Translations under genes and position numbers: made by a program
The notes under the pieces: generated by a model
Database searches by the model: none
The model's input: only the letters and a program-made list of their open reading frames with translations
What the model was told of the DNA's origin: nothing
Assembly (NCBI GenBank): GCA_964304625.1
Contig: OZ199840.1
Span: 10,563,644-10,627,643 of the forward strand
Origin: Kudoa neothunni
Lineage: Eukaryota; Animalia; Cnidaria
Direction: 5' to 3'
Length of the DNA stretch: 64,000 nt
Shown: piece by piece, positions 54,720-64,000 of the stretch
Layout: every line of letters starts with the position of its first letter
How positions within the stretch are numbered: the first letter of the stretch is position 1

Positions 54720-57700
54720 TCATATATTCTGAACGGAAGGGCTTCGTTTTGACAATCTTGATGTGGTAATAACTATCCCAACAATCAAACCAATTGCAAG
54801 TATAGGCAAACAAAATATTTGAAGATTCTTTGTTGAAATGGATGAACCCGAACCAAAATTTTTTTGGGTTGCTTGTCCGTCGCTATTAGCATCAGAGTTT
54901 CTTTGATCTGTCGATAGTTGGTTAATTCCATTGGTATCTTCGGCAAAGGGACCATTTGGTATTCCAGCTATTGTTTGTGTTTCAGGTTGTTGACCGAAAT
55001 TCATTTGAAGAATGTTTAGGTAATCTTTGGTCGATGGGTTCTCATTGTTTTTTTCCACCTGTTTTGGGTCATTATTTTCAGAACTTTTGGCATCATCAAC
55101 AGAGGTAGGAATTTGGAATGTCTCTATGTCTGGCAATGGATGAGCCTGTTTAAGTGACGCTACAGTTCTTTCTATGAGTGCCATTTTATCATTATATTGG
55201 TTTTGTAGGCTTAGATCAAAATCATGAACATTGGGCATTGGAAAGCTAAATTCTGGTATTTTGTCGTCCATATTATTTATTGTAGTTGTGAAATCAGAAA
55301 TTTGTCGAATGATTTGACTCATCTGGACATTTTCGTTGGAGCCGATGTCAGTGTTGAGTTTTACCGCACGTAACGAAATGATAGAAATTTCGTGGGAGAT
55401 ACTTTTTATTGTATCATGTTTTTTCTTGGAACTTTCTGTGATATGCGTCATGTAGTTACTTTTAAATAGATCTAGGGATTGGAGAGAAAAATCTAATTCT
55501 ATTGTGGAATTCATAAGTTTTTCAGAGTATTGACTAATTTCAGTTTGGATTGCGCTGGGAATGAAGGAATTGTATTGAGTCGCAACATGTTGTAATTCAC
55601 CAATTTTTCCATTCAATTGTTTTAATTTTTCGAAATAATCATCTTGCCATTGTTTAACTTGGGATATTTTTTGGTTGGTGATTGAAGTCACGGTTTTTAC
55701 CGTTTTAGTCACCTCTTTATCAATTGATTCTTTTTTAATGTTTAGAAGATTGTTTATCGAATTGATTCGATCTAGCAAACTTTTATCTACATTTATGACG
55801 GATGAATCAGTGTTCGTAGACGTAATAAATGGTTTAAGTGTTAGTTGTCGAATGATATCAATTCTTCTTGCTAGGTGGGTATCAAAATAAACAAGTGAAT
55901 TCTCTAGGTTTTTTTGGCTTACGACCAGCTTTGCCATCTCTCCGGTGATATAACTCAACAGCGAGATGTTGTCTGTGAAATACTGTTCAACAACTGAAAA
56001 CGTTGGTTGCACAGTGTTCAGTTTTTCTTCAAAATAATTGATGAGTTGCGAATAGCCATTCTCATTAATAGTAATATCGATTGATTTCATATTTTTTTCA
56101 ATTATATGAATAATACGATAACAATTTTCCACCAGAGTCCATGTAGTTGGGCGGGAACAGTAAGCGTGAATCATATTTTTGATAGTTTGAAGGTTAGCAG
56201 CAGTATTAGTAATCGAAATCATTTCTCCTTTGATTTGCTTAAATTCATTTTCCAACTTTTCGAACCCACTTGCGAAATTATGCTCCGATACTTTGATGAC
56301 ATTCGAATATTTAGGTTGTCTTTTGTATTGAGCCAACGCATTCTTGATGTTTTGCTTCTCCGTGGCGATAGATTTTTGAGCTTTGTTAGCTATATTCGTC
56401 AGCATACCCGCTTCACGTTGAATACTAGCTCCATTACGTTGGAGCACAGAGTTAGCAGCCGTATTTTTGAGTTGAATATTTTCAGTGATAGACTCTTGAA
56501 CGGTTCGTTTCCGGCTGTTGACATTATTTACAATAGCATTGATATCATCGTAATAGGAATCCCTCAGATGCGTGACTTCGGCATTCAATTCACTATCGTA
56601 CTTCAACATTTCAAACACAAGTTGAGTTATATCGCGGGATATTTGATCATATTGCGTTTTTATTTGCGTGTATTCAATTTCACATGTATTTTGTAACTTA
56701 CTATAACTCAGAATTGAAACTTCATCATTTTTGTTTTTGAGTGATTCTACAAATAATTGCCACGTACGCCTCATTGAGCTGTCAAATGCGGTACCAGGAT
56801 CAGCTGCCGAAGTTGTTAAACTCGTCAGTATATTTTTCGAATTACCATATTGTTTAAGATAGGAAGGATACATGGTTGATCGTTGACGATTAAGGTCGTC
56901 AAATTTGGAAATAGTAATTTTTAGTTTCTCGATAGATTGCACAATTTGAGTCTTTTTCTCTTTAACTACTTCCTCATTCACACGATGAATCTTGTGCTCA
57001 ATATCTCTCACTTTGGTTTCAATTTCGGAAAGATCAACATCCTTATGGGTTCTTTTTATGTTATGAATCCTAGTGTTTATTGATGAAACAGTTGAGTCTT
57101 TTAGTAATTTAACGCTTGATTGTCTTCGTTGGAAATCATTGTAGTTATTAATAAGAAGGGCGTGTTGAGTTTTCAACATCCTTGTGAACAGTTCATTCAC
57201 CTCGACGAACTTTCTAGAATGGCTGTCAGTTGTACTCTGAGCCATTCGAGCAAATTCTTGCTCATAATTAAGAACATAACTTCTGTAAGCTCTTGAAAAT
57301 CGTTTGGCGAATTCTTGATGTAGGACAAAAATCTCAGTTTCCAACTGAGCAATCTCCATTGCAATATCTTCGATTTGATGTTCATTAAACAAACGACATA
57401 TTTTGGGAACCGATTGAATGGCGCTTTCAATAAATTTCACTTGTTCGTCTAATAATTTCACTATTTCCTCAACCGATTGAATTCTGATGTAATCATTATT
57501 GGTGTGTGATTGAGTTTTCTTCTCGCAAACTGTTTTCGACGCTTGAAATAATAATAAAAATGCACTAATATCACTTTTGACTTGGGCTATTGTTTTCCGA
57601 CTGAGCGATCCTACCACTTCGAATTCTTGCTGATTTTGTTGTTTCAATAAAATGTATGATTTCAAAGCTGATTCAATTCTATCCAATTTTTCGTGATGTT

Positions 57701-58158
57701 GTGTTTTCTCTTTACATTCATTGATAATTGATTGAACTTGGGGTGACTCATTAAACAACTCCTCTCTGCAGTCGTCCTTTTGTATTGGATTTCTTATTTT
57801 TTCAATGTCTTTCAAAAGACTGTTTTTTGTACCAATAATATTTTCAAAGAGTGTGAGTCGCTGCCTGACTATTTCATTGGAAAAGCATGAATCGATATTT
57901 TGTAGTTTTGCGGCTTCATATTTTTGCATATTGAATTTGCTGAGTATTTCAGGGTTCTTATAGGATGAACACTTAATCTCATACAATCTATCAATAGGCA
58001 AATTGTAATAGTTATTTCGTTGAAACGCTTGGGAGCCATTGATTAGTTGGGTTTGAACACCATTACTTATGGCGATAACTAAAACAAACATAACATTGGA
58101 TTATCGCTCATTCCTGTTGCAAAAAATCACCTATTAATGTTAAAATTTGATAAAACAT
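54720..58158 (-). CDS. Orphan ~1130-aa predicted type I membrane protein with long coiled-coil ectodomain
   Basis: 1123-aa ORF plus a small upstream exon (ATG 58158, intron 58079-58130) giving signal peptide MFYQILTLIVIAISNG. Heptad-rich helical body, N/Q/S/D-rich spacer, TM IFCLPILAIGLIVGIVITT, short basic tail SRLSKRSPSVQNI. Confidence 0.85.
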
Positions 58159-59405
58159 GAACTCCTTCTAGAATATATTAAAATAATAATCAAATGATTA
58201 TAACAATCGCTTTTATTTGGAAAAATCAATTATATGAAAAATTTACTAATTCCCTTAGTTTTTATACCCCTTATTTTAATATAATTAGCTTATTATTTCG
58301 TTGAAATTTTTAAAATTTATTTTGTGTTCTTTATACATATTCAATATTTAGAATTTTATTTTATTGATTGTACACCCAGAAACACTAGATTCTTAATATA
58401 TAATATATTTCTTTTCGTCCGTAAATCTTACAAAAACATAAGAACGTGAATATTTACTTCACTAAAGTTTAAAGTTTTTAAAAAAATCGGTTGGCTATTG
58501 GGATATATTTAATTTAGTATACGATTTAAAACGGTATTAATCGTTTTGTATAATTTTACCGTTATTCAGCTACAAAAATTAAAATCATTATATTACTATT
58601 TTGTATAATATTAAATTTTATGAATAACAAGTTAATTTTAAATTGTAATATTTAATTTAAGTAATTATACTGGGGCTTGTCGCCTATTGTGTATAATCGA
58701 GGCCCAGGCTATTCCTACGATACAGATTAACTCCTAGAATTACTAAGATATTATAACACTGATTAAATTAATGTACAAAGTTATTTTTTATTTGCTCATT
58801 TGCACAAATTCTATTAAAATATTTTTCCTTTAAAAATTCTGATGGGTGTGATCAGTTAATCGTCCTTTATGTATTAAATTCGCTAAAGATTATACTAATT
58901 ATCAATGTATGAGTTGTTGGAATATGTTTAAAAGAGTGAAAACGATATTTTTTAAGCAGTATTCCAATATATTCTAATTCTGCGCACGCACCGACGTCCA
59001 TCCATAAATTTGCTTCCACGCAGAAATGTAATTGTAAGGAACACATTAAAACCAATGATTACATTATTCATTGGAATTCAGCGTGTACGAGTGTTAAATT
59101 AATAATCTACCAAAACGATGAAACAACTGTTCGTTTTGATTATAGACGCTTTAGATAACGATTTTTAATCAATTCTACTGAATTAATGAATTCGCGAGCA
59201 CAAAATCTAACGTTACAAGATTATGGGAGAGGTTGTTGCAACGGATATTTTTAATCCTAATTAGTATATACGCTTGCGCGAATTTTATTTTTTAATCTCC
59301 TAAAATTATATTTATAGTTGACGTATAAAGTTTATTTTTTTAAATCTGTTGTAGTCAATTATTTTTGCATTATTGTTACCGCATTTGGTGGTCCAAACTG
59401 ATTAA

Positions 59406-59617
59406 CCCTCTAAGTCACACGAAAATCTACACCTTCCGAGTAAAATTGGGGAGTATTTAAGTCACAATAACCAAAATTGGAATTTTTTTCGCTTTCTACG
59501 TATTATATAAGTTAAAAAGATTAGCAGAACATGAATTGTATTTATCGCGCTTGTAATGGGAAAAAATTTCATTAACAATCTCCTGAGGTGGAAATACACC
59601 CCATTTTACTCGGAGGG
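59406..59617. mobile_element. piggyBac-type MITE
   Basis: TTAA|CCCT...AGGG|TTAA with internal inverted TCCGAGTAAAAT(T)GGGG / CCCCATTTTACTCGGA. Confidence 0.75.
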
Positions 59618-61112
59618 TTAATTAAAAACCAAATTATACTCACCTGGATATTATATATTATGATCGGGGTCAATAGACAATTCCTTAACGATATCGCGTG
59701 AATAAATTCGACATTTTAAGGTGAGTTAATACATCAAATCCTAATATATTACAGTCAAAAAGTTACAATTACAGGGAAAAATTATTTCGAAATGTGAGCT
59801 TGTAAGCCACTGTGCCTAGTGATCGGATATAGGAGTTCGGCAATTTTAATCCAATAATATTTGAGGAGGAAGGTTAGAGGGTTAGACATCTCACAATAAA
59901 AAATGGGGATACAAAATTATACCCTGCTCTTCTAATTCCTTCTAATTGTTTTGGGGGTTCAACTTAATCAAAACGATTTTATTAATGATATATCCATTTA
60001 TATAGAAACTAAAGATGAAACATATTTCAGTTATACTTTAATAAATATTTCTCTTTTACTGAAAGAATTTTTTTTGAAAAACGAGTAGTTAAAGACTAAT
60101 TTCCGTTTTATTTCGTAACGGTCTTTGGAGTAAAATTCTCTTATCTTTCTGAGTAAAAATGGAAAAAAACTTTTAACATCTTATAACCTTAACAAAATTA
60201 AATTCCAATAATCTTTTTTGTAAAAAATCAGGATATCTTTGGAGAATTAACTAAAGCACCTACGCTTCTCGAACAATTTTAATAATGAGTCATTTGATTG
60301 ACTAATTTTGTTCATCTAGAAATGAATTTTTCATTTTCTACCATTGCTATATTTATTCTTATAACTATAAGTAAATTTTCTATTAAAAACTGAATAATTT
60401 AAAAACTATTGCTAAATAATTCAAACAAATAAGTTTTTTCAATATTCAACATCTCATTCATGTTCTTAGAAGTTTGGAAAGCATGAAGATACATAATTTA
60501 ATATTCTGAGTAAATTCTCAGCCAAGTGTAATGGAGATAACGATTTCCCAACATAGTGCAATAATATAAAACTATTATATAAATATACAAATATAATTTA
60601 GCTTGGATTTATTTATAACAATTATTCGTGCACGACGCGATATTATTTATATGCTTTTTGGTTTCAGCACGGATTTGGACACTTATATAATCTTTTGATT
60701 TATTGCCTAAATTTAATTATACAGAATAAAAAAAATTGTGACCTGAAAAAATTGTTTAATCTCCAATATTTTGCAACATTATTAAATTGCAAAATTAATG
60801 TCTAAAAGATGAATTGACAACATTGAGTAAAATCGGAAATTTAAATCTAATACCTAATTCACATAAAACACTTGTTATTAAACATAAAAGTGTTATAGAT
60901 TTAAAAATTATATATATTATGTGATTTTCATGGTTAATTACGCCGAAAATCGAAACGGAAATGTGTGCGCGCTAACATGCGCGATAGTTGATTATTGTCT
61001 AAGAGTGATTTTATATAAATCTTTAGAATCGAAATCTAAAAATTTTTGTTAATCATTTAATATTTTTAAATTAGTTGAATCCTAGGATATAAGAATTTCA
61101 AATTGGATCCCA

Positions 61113-61517
61113 TTTAGTATAGGCCCCCCCTAATTTACCAATGCACAATGAGGATTATTGTTTACTATGCCTTCATGTATGAGATTGGGTGAACAATTTA
61201 TTGTTAACATTTTGGGAAAATTTTTAGATTCGCTCCAGAGGAGAAGAGAAAATAAGATTTTAGGGAGCACTTTTGACGAAAAACAGTGAAAACCCGCTGA
61301 AAATGGGGAGCAACATGCTCCAGAATTGCCGTTTTGGCTAACTTTATTTAAATCACTTTAGAAATGTTCCCCTTTCATTATAAAATGATGTAAAATTTTC
61401 TTAACAAAAAAAAGTAAGTTTTTTCTGAAGGCGGCGGACGAAGCGACACATTTGAGGGGTAATAATTTGTTGGTTTTAATCCCTCAAATGTGGCGTTGGG
61501 TTGGGGCCTATACTAAA
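61113..61517. mobile_element. Unclassified MITE-like element
   Basis: Perfect 15-bp inverted repeat TTTAGTATAGGCCCC / GGGGCCTATACTAAA; TSD not evident. Confidence 0.5.
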
Positions 61518-62480
61518 GTTCAGCCTTCGAAATTATGGAGTTCGGTACTTTTCCATTCGCCCCAAATTTATAATGAAAATTCGAAATAATCCGCCAGTTA
61601 ATCTCTATACCAACAATTTCGTTTAATATCGCGACTTATTCGTTAATTTTCGTTTGTGCTTTATTTAAGGATTTGTTCATTTTTTACGAAAGCAAAAAAA
61701 ATTTACTTACAATATTGTAATAGCAGATAAAAAGATTTTATTTCCACTTACATAAGGGTTTAATATGATTCGAAATAAAAATACTAGCTCAGATTATTTT
61801 TCCCTTGATGTGATTTATATTATTTTTATATGAACCCCTTTTTAATGATATTTGTAATATTTGACTATTTATATTTAATTTTTTATGCATTTCTAAAAAA
61901 AGATAACATGTTTCTACAATTTTTGAAATTAATATCAAGTTAGTGGCCGCTTACGTTTATTTGATCTCACTTCTATAGTTAGTCTGTTATTTTTAATCTT
62001 TTCAACATAACACAAATTATTCAAAATTATCTTTACTATTTTTTATGGTGGGTCTTTCAAAAATAAGAATAGTTCCAAATTTGAGAGACATAAAGAAGGC
62101 TTTATTTACTCTTCTCTGAACTTATATGTGATTTAAAAAAATAATATTTATGTACTGACGATTCCGTAATAAATTATATATCAGAAGAAAAAAGAGCATC
62201 ACATCTGCGAGTCATTACCATTTGTAATTTGTAGGAGGAATACGACGTATGTTTCATCACCCTTGCATTTGTATTGAAATACTTACTGTTTCTGCCTCAA
62301 CATCGCTACAAAGAATCAAAGTTACAATTGTAGCAAATTGATTAAAAATATAAATCGATTTCTATAAATCTCACCGCTAATATCTCAAGTAATTTTCTGT
62401 TACAATCGAATTATACGAACATCTTAAAGATTTAATTCCAGTTTGGAAACATAAAATTAAGAATTTTCTTTAAAGTAAAC

Positions 62481-62973
62481 GGTTAAAATGTAGAATAATG
62501 GCCATATTTCCCTAATAATGATTATAATTAGTTCTTACATTAATCCTATATATTTTAAATTAAATTAATGTGATATTTGTTGAGCATTTACTACAATTAA
62601 TTAGCTAATTCTTGCATAAAGTACAGATTTTTTTTCTTATAAATATAGAATAAATACTAGGCAATTGCTAAGGATGAAATATAACAATAGATAAAGAATC
62701 ATGGTTGTCACAATCAAATTTTAAAATAAATAAAGCGAGCTTTACTCGAACCGGCTTAATTGGCGGTACAGCCTGTTGAAATAATCGCGAGGAACTAGGA
62801 GTACAACATATAATAGATTACATCAACTATTATTGTGACGACAAATAGCTGTTGCCAAAGTTACTCTACTGGAGATGCCACATTGATAAATACTCAATAA
62901 TAAAATATTCAACAGGTTCGTTTTTGTCCGGTGTCGCTGATATGGATCACGGCCATTATTCTACATTTTAACT
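62481..62973. mobile_element. Unclassified ~490-bp TIR element with 8-bp TSD
   Basis: Perfect 22-bp inverted repeat GTTAAAATGTAGAATAATGGCC (62482-62503 / 62951-62972), flanked one base further out by the direct repeat AAGTAAAC. Confidence 0.65.
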
Positions 62974-64000
62974 AAGTAAACTTGAAAAATGTTAATAGAT
63001 AAGTGATATATATATATATATATAAACCCGCCTACATAATTTTCCGACACTCTCAAAATACCGACATAGCTTGGGTGTAACGAACCGACCCTGTGTAGTA
63101 TTTTCTGTTGGCTACATTATCTGGTGAAATTGCTGCAAAAATATACGTTTATAATTAAATCTGTCGCAGAATTAGCACAAACTGAGAAACTATTTCAATT
63201 TGAATTTAATTATAAAATGGTTTAATTCAGAATGCAAAGGACAAGCTAGCTAAAATAGAATACTAACTCACTCTACTCTCTTATTAAATGATTTGGTCTT
63301 AAGTACGACTAATGTTAAATTTACTTGCCTAAGAAATAATCAAGTCTTTTGAAAAATAAATATTGAAATGCAATCTTATTGAAATTACGCAATATTTAAG
63401 GTAGAAAAGATTTAAATAATGACTGAAGTGTTAATCTAATCTAAAGTGAGAAAGTAAATAGAAAGGTAGGGGTCAAAAGCTTCAGATAAATTATTTTGGT
63501 GTAAATTTTATCAAGATTAAATCATACTCTAAGGTAGAAAAATAGGCATTTCTTTCGAGTTTTCAAAAAGTTTTATGCTTGACTAGCTTTAAAAATGGAA
63601 AACTAACGCATTCGACTCATGTAAGGGTATCATGATTATGTCTATTGATAATTCGACCAAAGTTTTTCACCATCTTTCTTCAAATATAATTATTAAAAAG
63701 TTATTCTATAAGTAAAGAGAATTTCAAAAAATAGAAAAAAGAAACCGTCAACAAGTTTCAACTCCAGTGTCTGCACATAACATTTTGAAGTGAACTTTCA
63801 TTACACACGAGTACTATTTTAATGGATAGTAATCATTAATTATAGCTGCATTTGTTGTGTGTACTGTTTAAAATACTTGATCTCATTATTTATTTTATTA
63901 ATAAAATGTTCATTGAATAGTACAAATAAGTTTTCCGATCATCACATATAACAATGGTTATTTTTTAATCGATTACTTTTCTCATCCTACATGCTTATAT

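Noticed and set aside
55675-57430. Overlapping ORFs 55675-55890, 56106-56696 and 57197-57430
   Set aside because: Antisense or out-of-frame shadows of the 1123-aa gene
62160-63800. Possible minus-strand multi-exon gene
   Set aside because: Exon-like segments exist but could not be joined to a convincing start, stop or family, and part lies within a TIR/TSD element

Overview
Very AT-rich eukaryotic (metazoan) genomic DNA with short GT-AG introns (mostly about 35-100 nt) and highly divergent genes. This fits a reduced parasitic animal such as a myxozoan, which is an inference and not proven here. The ORF track fragments most genes, so exons were joined by eye. Host genes: an endophilin-like N-BAR/SH3 gene, a small orphan multi-exon gene, YY1/pho, two duplicated secreted five-Kunitz-domain genes, ALG1 head-to-head with Elongin C, an Eyes absent (EYA) homologue whose HAD catalytic motifs are all degenerate, and an orphan ~1130-aa coiled-coil type I membrane protein. 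Between them lies a dense, often nested set of decayed DNA transposons: hAT/Buster, CGGBP1-like hAT, several piggyBac, three Mutator copies with 9-bp TSDs, pogo/Tigger, an IS630/Tc1 DD34E element, and MITEs. The most notable items are the diverging atypical penta-Kunitz pair, the apparent pseudophosphatase EYA, the orphan surface coiled-coil protein, and the IS630-like transposase with both a spliceosomal intron and an in-phase A-AAA-AAA shift site.
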